From a virus (Duplodnaviria; Caudoviricetes), in IMG/VR virus record IMGVR_UViG_3300016466_000592, positions 1-33,377 of that record: a DNA stretch of 33,377 nt, one strand, 5' to 3'. A program made the translations under genes and the position numbers. This document shows, one piece after another, positions 18,323 through 26,731 of the stretch. Within the stretch, counting starts at the first letter, position 1. Each line of letters starts with the position of its first letter. The notes under the pieces are model-generated. The model had not been told where the DNA came from, searched no databases, and saw nothing but the letters and a program-made list of their open reading frames with translations.

Positions 18323-18649
18323 ATGGCTATTGTAAAGAACCTTACACCCCATCCTATCCACGTTGTGGATGCTCAAGGCACCGTCCTGAAGACTTACCAG
18401 TCTGAAGGTCTGGTCCGCCTTAAGGCATCCACTGTGACTGCGGGCTTCTCTGTCGACGGTGTACCCGTCACGAAGACGCAGTTCGGTGAGCCGGATGGAT
18501 TACCTGCCACTTTCGAGGAGGGCACTTTTTATATAGTGTCCCAACTCGTAAAGAGTGCGCTTCCGGATCGTTTCGATCTGGTAGTTCCGGCAGATGTGGT
18601 ACGCGATAGCAACGGCGCCATCCTGGGTTGCCGCAGCTTCGGTATCTAA
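18323..18649 (+). CDS. Small NLTPH-motif protein (possible Crn4-like ring nuclease)
   Basis: 108 aa with NLTPH, GLP....GTFYIVS, R.DL..P...VRD..G.ILGC; clearly coding, function tentative. Confidence 0.5.
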   Translation: MAIVKNLTPHPIHVVDAQGTVLKTYQSEGLVRLKASTVTAGFSVDGVPVTKTQFGEPDGLPATFEEGTFYIVSQLVKSALPDRFDLVVPADVVRDSNGAILGCRSFGI

Positions 18650-18650
18650 T

Positions 18651-19572
18651 CCGGCTATTGCGGGTGTGATCTAAACTGGTTTGTTGGTTTCTGAGATAAG
18701 GTGAAACCATCTAAGCACACAATGTCAAACCTACAGGGTTTAAAATTACCCACGGTGTGTGCGTTAAGCGAAGATTAGTCTTCGTGAACCAACTTGACAC
18801 GGGCGGTTTCGGCTCGTTAGAATAACCGGTGAATCCATAAGCCGGGAAAATGGAGGGAAGTACATCAACATCCCTCTGTGCAGCCATTTGTACGCTGTTC
18901 ATCAGATAACCATGTGATTAACCATGGTGTGGAGTAAGATCGGGCAGATCTGAAAGCACTGTGGGTTGGCGTTGGTCACGTCAACTTGGGGGGTAACCCC
19001 GACATATGTCACATGCACCTACGTAAGAAGCCCGCCAGGCTTATTGCGATAGGTGAACGTATGTATCTTATCCTATTAGGTATGCCAATACCTTCCTCGG
19101 GTGGCACCGAGTGCAGAAATGGTAGGATGATTACAAAAAGTAGTGAGTATCCTTGGCAGGAGAAAGCAATAGGGCGTCGCACCTAAACCACTCAAAAGGT
19201 GGCACGGTGCAAACGTGAACCACGCCCTGTATTATGACCTTTGGTGCTTCAATTGGGTTAACATCCCAATACCTAACTAAATAAGAAGCAAAAGTGTTCA
19301 CGGTGCAACAGTCACAATGACCTTATCCAACTGTAACATGTTGGCCCAACGTCCCGCAAGGACAATGGTGAGGAGAAAACAATTCACTACCTAGGAGTCG
19401 GCAGATTCCGAACCCGCAAAGAGGTGTGATGCGTAAGTATTCTATATGCTGCTGCACAGTAAACGCGGTGTAATCCGTGGTCATGTCGTATACGTAGTGG
19501 TAACATTACGTGTGAAGTAAGTGGGAAACCACCCAAAATGACGACATAGCAACCCAAACTCTCAAGTTGCTA
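18651..19572 (+). ncRNA. Giant structured ncRNA, GOLLD-like
   Basis: About 920 nt with no credible ORF, densely packed with hairpins, GNRA tetraloops (18989-19000, 19491-19512, 19521-19532) and long-range helices; size and phage/tRNA context fit GOLLD. Confidence 0.6.
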
Positions 19573-19812
19573 CCTCTTAACCCATAAAGAGTATAATTAT
19601 ATGGGGGTCCATCCGAGTAAGCCGAATAAGGCGCTGTCTATTACACCTCGGAGAGTCAGAACATGGACATTGAGTCTGACAAGTACGACATCAACTGTAA
19701 ATAACCGCCGGGGAGTTTTTGACCTTTGCACTCTAGGCACAATACGGTTTACATACTTAGCATATATTATTATATGCTTTGAGGGGGTTGTTGATGTTAA
19801 GCAAAGTTATAA

Positions 19813-20054
19813 TGCACCATTCTCACGTGGACATGAAGACGTCGTGTGCTAAAGGCTACTCCGTAGTACTCGCAACGATGTGAAACCACACTGATTAATC
19901 TATCGAGTATCTATCAGCACTTGTGCGGTAAGTTGAAAGATACGTTTTAATCAGTCTCCCAAGGGTGAGCAGTTGTATGTGACCGCGTAGCGTCTTGATC
20001 TTTCCGTGATGTGTACTTGTACACAGGATAGACATACAACTGAGTTGCAGAGGG
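19813..20054 (+). ncRNA. Candidate multi-stem ncRNA with possible pseudoknot
   Basis: Perfect 11-bp CAGTTGTATGT/ACATACAACTG, 9-bp ACTGATTAA/TTAATCAGT, CTCAC/GTGAG and closing TGCA/TGCA helices. Confidence 0.5.
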
Positions 20055-20231
20055 TAGATCACACCACTGATCCAGCCATAAGAGTGGTATTCAAATGGTA
20101 TCCTTTACAGGACTTATTTGAGGCTTATGGCTATTTTTTTTCTTTTTGATAGCGTGTTATAAAAAGGACATTCGTCCTGCATTTTGTGGATTTTATTCCA
20201 CATTAAAGACATGTCATCAAACGCCCATCAT

Positions 20232-20450
20232 ATGAAAAAAGGATTTCTCCTTGCTTGCAGCATCATTGTTATGCTGCTGTCTAGCGGTGTGTTTTCTCTT
20301 ATCTTTTTTTTAAAGGCTGATCAAGAACAGACATTTTTCTTAATCATGGTCAGTTTAATCGGAGTGCTTACCTCCGCTATATATTATAGCGGATATAGAG
20401 ACTACGATATGTTTAAGAAAGACGGAGAAAAAGACATCGACCTCTCTTAA
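20232..20450 (+). CDS. Two-TM small membrane protein
   Basis: MKKGFLLACSII... with two hydrophobic helices; start position inferred. Confidence 0.55.
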   Translation: MKKGFLLACSIIVMLLSSGVFSLIFFLKADQEQTFFLIMVSLIGVLTSAIYYSGYRDYDMFKKDGEKDIDLS

Positions 20451-20473
20451 CTGAGGGGCATCGCATTTTTGGT

Positions 20474-20517
20474 GAGCGGCGAAGGGGATGAGTCCTCCTA
20501 GCCGCTCTCTTTTTTTT
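20474..20517 (+). terminator. Intrinsic terminator
   Basis: GAGCGGC...GCCGCTC stem with inner GGA-TGAG-TCC, followed by a T tract. Confidence 0.8.
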
Positions 20518-20575
20518 GGGCAAAACGTATAAACAAATCTGTTTACATATTTCTTCTCACCAAAACCAAAATCCC

Positions 20576-21580
20576 ATGGCGGAATTTACAATCGGCATCC
20601 CCGAAGAGTTCATCGTATCCAAAATCGATGAGGTGGCAAGCAAGAAACTTGCCTATGTTAAGTTGAAAGATATCTGCACCAAGGTCAGTGCTGATCTTCT
20701 GAAAGTGGAAAGCGTACAGATCAAGCAGTATTTGTATGACAAGATCTACAGCGACCTGGAAAAAGACATCACTGCGCATAAGGATCTCATCATTGAGGCG
20801 TTCCTTGAGCGCAGTAAGACGATGATCTATCTGAACGCAGAACTGAAAGCCACCGTTTCCCAGGGTGCGCACAAGGAACTGTCCAAACTGATCTCCTACC
20901 TGCAACTTTTCAAGCAGGCACTGATCGTCGGACCCACCGGTAGCGGTAAGTCTACCATGGCCAAGCAGGCAGCGGATGCTATGAACCTCCCCTTCGGATC
21001 TTTCTCCTGTAATATGGAGGCATCTAAATCCGAACTCATTGGCTTCCAAAACCTTAACGGCTATGTCGAGAGTTCGTTCCTGCATTTCTTCGAGAACGGA
21101 GGAGTATTCTTGGTCGACGAGTACGACGCTATGTCTCCGTCGATTTCAGTCGTACTCAACGCAGCGTTCGACCGCAGCGGTCAGATCTCTGTGCCCAACC
21201 GTTCAGGTAAGACTGTGGCGGTAAAGCATCCGGACTTCTACTGCATCCTCGCCGGCAACACATGGGGCTCTGGCTCCACTGATTATTCCGGTAGAGATAT
21301 GCAGGACGCAGCGTTCCTCGATCGCTTTAAGATGTGCAGACTGCATATCGATTACGATCAGGATCTCGAAAAGCAAATCGCCGGCGAGCATTACAACTTC
21401 CTTATGAAAATAAGGTCGTTTGTGAATGAGAATCTCGACGGTGAGAAGTTCAGCACCCGGTCGATCTACGATGCGTCCGTCCTTCTGCAAAACGGTTTCA
21501 CCAAAAAGCAGATCATGGAATCGGTATCGTCCCATTGGGATGAGACCATCCGTGAGAAGTTTTACAAAACCGTAAAATGA
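20576..21580 (+). CDS. MoxR/CbbQ/CobS-like AAA+ ATPase
   Basis: Walker A GPTGSGKS, Walker B FLVDEYD, AGNT sensor and DAAFLDRF arginine finger; likely start MAEFTIG at 20576. Confidence 0.9.
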   Translation: MAEFTIGIPEEFIVSKIDEVASKKLAYVKLKDICTKVSADLLKVESVQIKQYLYDKIYSDLEKDITAHKDLIIEAFLERSKTMIYLNAELKATVSQGAHKELSKLISYLQLFKQALIVGPTGSGKSTMAKQAADAMNLPFGSFSCNMEASKSELIGFQNLNGYVESSFLHFFENGGVFLVDEYDAMSPSISVVLNAAFDRSGQISVPNRSGKTVAVKHPDFYCILAGNTWGSGSTDYSGRDMQDAAFLDRFKMCRLHIDYDQDLEKQIAGEHYNFLMKIRSFVNENLDGEKFSTRSIYDASVLLQNGFTKKQIMESVSSHWDETIREKFYKTVK

Positions 21581-21637
21581 TTTATGGGGGAGGGTATGGT
21601 GACCCTCCCCCTTCTTCTCACCAAAAAAGAAAATCCA

Positions 21638-22492
21638 ATGAAACATACGTTGGAAAAGGGACATCTTAATGTGGTGTTCGAATCCCTCAAGGAATTTTTT
21701 TCGTACACTGAACAGGGTGCACCCTATAACAATTTGTGCCCTAACATCTCTGATTTGGAAGAGATGGATAAGGATGCAAGTAACCAGAAGAAGGACAGTT
21801 GGACATTCGGTAGGCAGTCCAATTATTCGGAGTACTATAAAGAGAGATTGAATCCGAATCTTGGCAAAGAACTTTCAAAAACACAACTTCAGGCGCTGAC
21901 ACGTAGTGCAGAGTATAAGAAACTTCTCACCCAAGCACTCACCTATCGGCAAAAGATGAGGTTCCAAGACATTGGTAACCGCATCAGTGTGCCGCACGCC
22001 ATCGCCGGGGATGATAAGTACTTCGTGGTAACCAAGTCTGCCTCGAAACCCACTGCAAAGATCGCTATCAACATGGCTGTAAGTGCCTGTGTAGACACAG
22101 AAGATCTTATCAAGATCTCTTGCAAAGCAGTGCCGCTTATCAAACTACTAGAAGCCTCGGGTATCCCCACCGAAGCATGGATAATATTTCCTAGTTGTGA
22201 TAGCCACGAAGGTGTAAATACTTCTATCTATGAAGTGAAGATTAAGTCTGCACAACAGAGGTTTTCGTGGACCACCTTCGCTCCAGTGTTTTGCTCCGGT
22301 ATATGGAGGTATAATATGTTTCGTGCTTTCCGTTTGGAACATATGACTACCGCGTGGGGGTTGGGTAGACCGATGGGTACTGACACAATCACTGACAAGT
22401 TCAACAATTTTGGATACACTTCCATCATTGGTGCCAATGGACCTGGTCCAATTGACTCCATTAAGGAAGTCTTCAAGAAGTTGAAACAGTAA
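21638..22492 (+). CDS. Partner of the AAA+ ATPase (vWA-like)
   Basis: Directly downstream of a MoxR-type ATPase; KIAINMAVSA...LEASGIPTEAW...WGLGRP pattern; likely start 21638. Confidence 0.55.
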   Translation: MKHTLEKGHLNVVFESLKEFFSYTEQGAPYNNLCPNISDLEEMDKDASNQKKDSWTFGRQSNYSEYYKERLNPNLGKELSKTQLQALTRSAEYKKLLTQALTYRQKMRFQDIGNRISVPHAIAGDDKYFVVTKSASKPTAKIAINMAVSACVDTEDLIKISCKAVPLIKLLEASGIPTEAWIIFPSCDSHEGVNTSIYEVKIKSAQQRFSWTTFAPVFCSGIWRYNMFRAFRLEHMTTAWGLGRPMGTDTITDKFNNFGYTSIIGANGPGPIDSIKEVFKKLKQ

Positions 22493-22501
22493 GCTTCCGT
22501 A

Positions 22502-22575
22502 GGATCAAATTTGAGCCCCTATCTATACTAATATATATAATATTATTAGTCTAGATAGTGGCTCATTTTTGATCC
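22502..22575. repeat. Long imperfect inverted repeat
   Basis: GGATCAAA-TT-TGAGCC-C-CTATCTA-T-ACTAATA pairs with TATTAGT-C-TAGATAG-T-GGCTCA-TT-TTTGATCC. Confidence 0.8.
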
Positions 22576-22616
22576 CTCTATATATATATCATAATCGATT
22601 TACTAAATGCTACTAT

Positions 22617-22850
22617 ATGCATTCCACTTTAACGTGGCTACGAAGTTGGATTAAAGGAGAAGATCGCGAAGCCGTCGCACATTTTACACCAGGGTACAAG
22701 ACTGTGAACCCTGACATCCGTTTGAAGATGGATGAATGGCTGCGTAAATATCGTGTGTCATATATGCACGGCTGGAGATCTAACCCCATACATATGCAAA
22801 GCGATGAGTTTCAAACATTATCGATCGGCGAAGAAACAGGAGACGCGTGA
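22617..22850 (+). CDS. Hypothetical protein
   Basis: MHSTLTWLRSW... 77 aa; overlaps the start of the next gene. Confidence 0.45.
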   Translation: MHSTLTWLRSWIKGEDREAVAHFTPGYKTVNPDIRLKMDEWLRKYRVSYMHGWRSNPIHMQSDEFQTLSIGEETGDA

Positions 22851-23400
22851 AATTATGCTCTCTTATTTACAAAATAAAGTGTGTAAAACTGCCCCCAAAA
22901 TTGTCTCACTACCGGCAAAGGAATTCATATTTGAATCCATGGTATTGAAACAATACCCAAACGCAGAGATAGATTGTTTCGAAAACAATCATGCCATCTA
23001 TAGCACAGCTAAGAAAAACAAACCTAAGAACGTCAGTTTGCAGAACACTGATGTGTTTGATGCGATATCCATCAATGATAAGACATACGATATGGTATGG
23101 CTTGACTTATGTGGCTGTATATGCCCCGCTAATTTGGTCAACCTTACTGTAAGTGCTCAGTCTAATATTGATGGAGTGTTTGCGTTCACCATTCAGATCA
23201 ACCGGGAATCTAAATTCAAAGAGTTGATACGAATATTCGAATGCAAATCGCCAGATGACTTTCGTTATCGGTTTCTACCTAGCTATATAGTAAAGATGGC
23301 ACGTGTAGTGCATCCTAACTTCCATCTCGAAGAGATACATAAGTACAAATCCGATAAGACATCGGCACCTATGTGTCTCTATGTTTTCTCAACCAAGTAA
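22804..23400 (+). CDS. Class I SAM-dependent methyltransferase-like protein
   Basis: Rossmann-like order KIVSLPA / EIDCFE / NTDVF / YDMVWLDLCG; likely start MSFKHY at 22804. Confidence 0.55.
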   Translation: MSFKHYRSAKKQETREIMLSYLQNKVCKTAPKIVSLPAKEFIFESMVLKQYPNAEIDCFENNHAIYSTAKKNKPKNVSLQNTDVFDAISINDKTYDMVWLDLCGCICPANLVNLTVSAQSNIDGVFAFTIQINRESKFKELIRIFECKSPDDFRYRFLPSYIVKMARVVHPNFHLEEIHKYKSDKTSAPMCLYVFSTK

Positions 23401-23425
23401 ATCAGAACAGTTTAATCTCACTCTT

Positions 23426-23701
23426 ATGACAAACAAAGAAACATTTGTCGCTGACTACAATGCTGGTATGTCAACCAAAGACCTCAGCAAAAAGTACAAA
23501 CTGTCAAAAGCCGGTGTATACAGCAGGATATACCAGTACAAAAAACAGAATGTACAGGTCAAAGAACAATCGGTGCATAACTCCATGAGTATGTACCGTA
23601 CCATCAAATTTCCGGACGGCTTCATTATTGCCGTATCGAAAAAGTCGACAAGTAAACTCGTGATAAACGAGAAAGGAAATGTATTGATCATTAACGATTA
23701 A
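23426..23701 (+). CDS. Small helix-turn-helix protein
   Basis: YNAGMSTKDLSKKYKLSKAGVYSRI is a typical HTH. Confidence 0.65.
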   Translation: MTNKETFVADYNAGMSTKDLSKKYKLSKAGVYSRIYQYKKQNVQVKEQSVHNSMSMYRTIKFPDGFIIAVSKKSTSKLVINEKGNVLIIND

Positions 23702-23708
23702 AATCATA

Positions 23709-24293
23709 GTGATGAAAACCTTTGATTTCAAACATGAAGAACAAGATATTTTTTCGGCATGCGGACTTTCCAAAGACACGCTGATCCGCACCAGGGAGAA
23801 GATCCTTTTCTCAATATTCAGCAACGCCATCAAGTCTTTGAAGATGCAGATTGAGGATGATTACTCATCTGACCCCACCTGCAATTCCGTAAGTGCTACG
23901 CTCGAACGTGCGCTTACCCTGTTCGATATCGAAGCAGAGAGGAATCTTGCACTACTTATGTTCTTACGCCTCAATGACACCTGCAAGCAGTTGTGTCAAC
24001 TTTTCATCCCTTTCCTTGTGAAAGAAGCGCCGGAGAAAATTCGTCGCAACATAATGAAAAAACTTGAGGAGTCTCACAAAGAGCTGCACAAAACACTGAT
24101 GGAGGACGATGATGCCGAAAATATCGTCCACAAAATGGCAATCTCTCCTCTGAACCTTTTCAAAAGGTTTCAGATGATTCTAGATTCCAATGAAAGTTTC
24201 GATGTGTACATGTCGAAGTACATCAAAGCAGAATTCGAACCGATGTTCAGCGACATCGATAAGATGCTTGATAACGTATTCGATTTCAACTAG
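23709..24293 (+). CDS. Hypothetical helical protein
   Basis: 194 aa ORF in the operon. Confidence 0.65.
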   Translation: MMKTFDFKHEEQDIFSACGLSKDTLIRTREKILFSIFSNAIKSLKMQIEDDYSSDPTCNSVSATLERALTLFDIEAERNLALLMFLRLNDTCKQLCQLFIPFLVKEAPEKIRRNIMKKLEESHKELHKTLMEDDDAENIVHKMAISPLNLFKRFQMILDSNESFDVYMSKYIKAEFEPMFSDIDKMLDNVFDFN

Positions 24294-24353
24294 ATACGTA
24301 CACACGCTACGAAAAAAATGGAGAGGGGTATGATTACACCTCTCCAATTTTAT

Positions 24354-24384
24354 TTTGTAGATGTTCGGAAGTTCTCTATCTTGT
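24354..24384 (+). promoter_or_regulatory. Candidate Bacteroidota-type promoter
   Basis: TTTG (24354-24357), 19-nt spacer, TATCTTGT (24377-24384); close to TTTG-N19/21-TAnnTTTG; upstream of the HTH gene and the tRNA/tmRNA cluster. Confidence 0.4.
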
Positions 24385-24391
24385 AGACCTT

Positions 24392-24679
24392 ATGATCGAA
24401 ACAAGAACCATATACATTAGAAAAACTTATGGTAGAGTATCGAGTGCGGTGGTACAAGACCCGCATATATCATTGAAAGACAAAGGGTTGTATGCATATC
24501 TATGTTCACATATGGATAACTACACCCAGGAAACACACATAAGCATCTATAAAATGGCAGCCGAGTGTGGTTGTACACCAGCCACTATCAAGCGAGGGTT
24601 GGCAGCATTACAAAAAGCAGGTGTCATACAAAGGTGTCAGCGCTCGTTTGGCGATACGACAAAGACCATTGTGCTTTGA
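24392..24679 (+). CDS. Winged helix-turn-helix protein (HTH_36-like)
   Basis: ISLKDKGLYAYLCS...SIYKMAAECGCTPATIKRGLAALQKAGVIQR. Confidence 0.75.
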   Translation: MIETRTIYIRKTYGRVSSAVVQDPHISLKDKGLYAYLCSHMDNYTQETHISIYKMAAECGCTPATIKRGLAALQKAGVIQRCQRSFGDTTKTIVL

Positions 24680-24685
24680 GATAAC

Positions 24686-24771
24686 GCCTTGATGGTGGAA
24701 TTGGTAGACACGCAAGACTTAAAATCTTGTGAGCAGTAATGCTCGTGCGGGTTCGACTCCCGCTTGAGGCA
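24686..24771 (+). tRNA. trnL: tRNA-Leu(UAA)
   Basis: Acceptor GCCTTGA/TTGAGGC, D loop GGAATTGGTAGAC, anticodon arm CAAGA-CTTAAAA-TCTTG, class II variable arm GAGCA-GTAA-TGCTC, T arm GCGGG-TTCGACT-CCCGC, A73; CCA not encoded. Confidence 0.95.
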
Positions 24772-24803
24772 CAAAGTTCTTTGACATATTAAACATTGAG
24801 AAT

Positions 24804-25196
24804 ATGAAACTATTTCTTGACGATGTTCGTCATCCATTACATTGCTTTGGCTATATGGCCGGTCGTATTGGTGAAAAATCCAAAGTGTATCTTGATAGTT
24901 GGGAAATTGTCCGAAACTTCGACGAGTTCAAAGATGCAGTGGAAAGTTTCCATGGACAAATAGAACTCGTATCCTTCGATCATGATCTATCTGTAGAACA
25001 TTACGATCATTCAATGATGGTCAATCCAAATCTAATGGAAGCGTATTACAATAAAGAAGATCGTGAGAAAACAGGATACGACTGTGCTGTATGGATGAAG
25101 GAGTTCTACGAAAGACAGAATACTGAACTTCCGAAAATCATGGTACACTCTATGAATCCTGTTGGTACAGCGAACATCACGAATGTATTTCAATAA
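24804..25196 (+). CDS. Cyclic-phosphate-processing receiver-domain protein (cREC-like)
   Basis: KLFLDDVR, VSFDHDL, KTGYDCAVW and VHSMNPVG motifs. Confidence 0.75.
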   Translation: MKLFLDDVRHPLHCFGYMAGRIGEKSKVYLDSWEIVRNFDEFKDAVESFHGQIELVSFDHDLSVEHYDHSMMVNPNLMEAYYNKEDREKTGYDCAVWMKEFYERQNTELPKIMVHSMNPVGTANITNVFQ

Positions 25197-25204
25197 TTGC
25201 ATTA

Positions 25205-25734
25205 GGGGCTGACAGGTTTTGACAGACTTGTGAGTGGTAGGTAGACACGCGGACCGTTGGTAGAGTGGTCCTTAAATAAACTGCAAACACTAAACGGCAA
25301 GACTAAGTCTGACCGTGTCGCTGAAGGTGAAGCGATTCTCGCTTCCATCTTCTACGCTGAGGCTGTAGCAGCCTAAGCCCGACGGGGTTTGTTCCAAACC
25401 TAGCAACAGAAGGAACTTACGGAGTGGCTCCCTCAAACCTTAGCCCCTGCATAGTAGCAGGGAGCGAGCTTGGGTGTCGTCGTGGCGTACCTCGAGCATT
25501 CTAATACACTGCATACAGGGGGCGAAACAGTGTAGAAGTGGACTTTCCTGGTTTCACACTTGATAGCTAAAACCAGGTGGTGGATACGACCTTACGGTCA
25601 ACCCCTTACGGTGCAGATGAACCATGTGCTGCCACTTTACCGGCAGTAGACAAGTAGTAGTCAGTACTAAGCGTGTGATACGTTCTATCTATTGACTTCT
25701 TGTTTGGACGCGGGTTCGATTCCCGCCAGCTCCA
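25205..25734 (+). ncRNA. ssrA: tmRNA
   Basis: 5' GGGGCTGACAGGTTTTGAC, 3' GACGCGGGTTCGATTCCCGCCAGCTCCA with the G3:U alanine pair; tag ORF 25296-25376 GKTKSDRVAEGEAILASIFYAEAVAA*. Confidence 0.92.
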
Positions 25735-25759
25735 CTATCATAAACTAAATCTTCTTGTT

Positions 25760-25891
25760 ATGGATCCACATGATAACCAAGGTAGGTCCCCGGAAAAAAT
25801 TAGGAACAATGAGACATTGGTCTATTACATATTGTGTTTAGGATTTATAATTCTCATACTCACCCTGTTATCTACGTTGCAAAATATTTAA
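25760..25891 (+). CDS. Small membrane peptide
   Basis: MDPHDNQGRSPEKIRNNETLVYYILCLGFIILILTLLSTLQNI, one TM helix. Confidence 0.5.
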   Translation: MDPHDNQGRSPEKIRNNETLVYYILCLGFIILILTLLSTLQNI

Positions 25892-25912
25892 TCATCTTAT
25901 GAGTGATATGCA

Positions 25913-26070
25913 TTCGTAGTGGCGGAATGGTCAAGCCGTTAAGGGAACGTCGGGTCGTTCATAGTTTGACAGACGCTATAGTAGGAAAAGTGGAGTAATA
26001 GACCACATGATGAGAGCGTGGTTGCAATAACGAGGGTCTTCACGTGTAGGTTCGAACCCTGCCTGCGATC
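25913..26070 (+). ncRNA. tRNA-scaffold RNA with D-loop insertion and expanded central domain
   Basis: TCGTAG/CTGCGA acceptor, TGGCGGAATGG...CAGACGC D arm split by a 39-nt hairpin, T arm GTAGG-TTCGAAC-CCTGC, 69-nt centre with no canonical anticodon arm. Confidence 0.7.
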
Positions 26071-26091
26071 ATATCCAGTAAATATTTTTTT

Positions 26092-26151
26092 GGTGTTTCA
26101 TATGGCAAGCAATCAGCCCCGGCCTGTGTCTACAGGCTGGGTTTATTTTTT
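26092..26151 (+). repeat. Repeated terminator-like element, copy 1
   Basis: GGTGTTTCATA-TG-GCAAGCA...CCCGGCCTGT-GTCT-ACAGGCTGGG plus T tract. Confidence 0.75.
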
Positions 26152-26163
26152 CAATCAAGTATT

Positions 26164-26430
26164 ATGGGAAAATATATCAACAAAACAGAGCATGGGCCAA
26201 TTGGTAGTAGTTTCAAAGAGAAGTGTACGTCTTTGATAAAAGCAGGTGCTGTGATAATTCCAAAGCCTGACAATTTTGAAGACAACTTGGTATGTGTAGT
26301 TGACAATGGACCGTTTGCAGCAGCAGCGTATCTCTATTCGCCAGTAGAACTATCAGATTTTTCTGTGGCAACTGATAAGAGACCCAAGTTATTCTTTACT
26401 TGGGATAAGGTAAAGGAATACGCTCAATAA
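26164..26430 (+). CDS. Hypothetical phage protein
   Basis: 88 aa with LVCVVDNGPFAAAAY; lies between the two repeat copies. Confidence 0.7.
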   Translation: MGKYINKTEHGPIGSSFKEKCTSLIKAGAVIIPKPDNFEDNLVCVVDNGPFAAAAYLYSPVELSDFSVATDKRPKLFFTWDKVKEYAQ

Positions 26431-26436
26431 ATTGAA

Positions 26437-26495
26437 GGTGTTTCATAAGCAAGCAGAGAACCCGGTATGTGTCTACATACTGGGTAATATTTTTT
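26437..26495 (+). repeat. Repeated terminator-like element, copy 2
   Basis: GGTGTTTCATA-A-GCAAGCA...CCCGGTATGT-GTCT-ACATACTGGG plus T-rich tail. Confidence 0.75.
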
Positions 26496-26507
26496 AAATC
26501 ATACACC

Positions 26508-26720
26508 ATGAAAGTAAGGCTATTTGCTATAGAATACGATACAGATGAGAGTCAATCTAATGATCTACCCAAAGAAATCATTACGACCCTTAATGATATG
26601 GGATACGATCACATTGTAGATGGTAATCCAAATGAATTTGTAGCCACCTATGGTGCTGATTATATATCAGATAAAACCGGATGGTTGGTATTTGAGTTTG
26701 AGTTTGAAATATTAAGATGA
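26508..26720 (+). CDS. Small acidic hypothetical protein
   Basis: MKVRLFAIEYDTD...ADYISDKTGWLVFEFEFE; start inferred at 26508. Confidence 0.65.
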   Translation: MKVRLFAIEYDTDESQSNDLPKEIITTLNDMGYDHIVDGNPNEFVATYGADYISDKTGWLVFEFEFEILR

Positions 26721-26731
26721 TAAAATTGGAT

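Noticed and set aside
18651-19572. Group I/II intron or rRNA as the identity of the giant RNA
   Set aside because: No interrupted host gene, and I could not find group I P/Q/R/S elements, a group II domain V or rRNA signatures by eye; a covariance search is still needed.
18711-19852. Short ORFs at 18711, 18986 and 19601
   Set aside because: No protein-like composition or start context; they overlap densely base-paired RNA.
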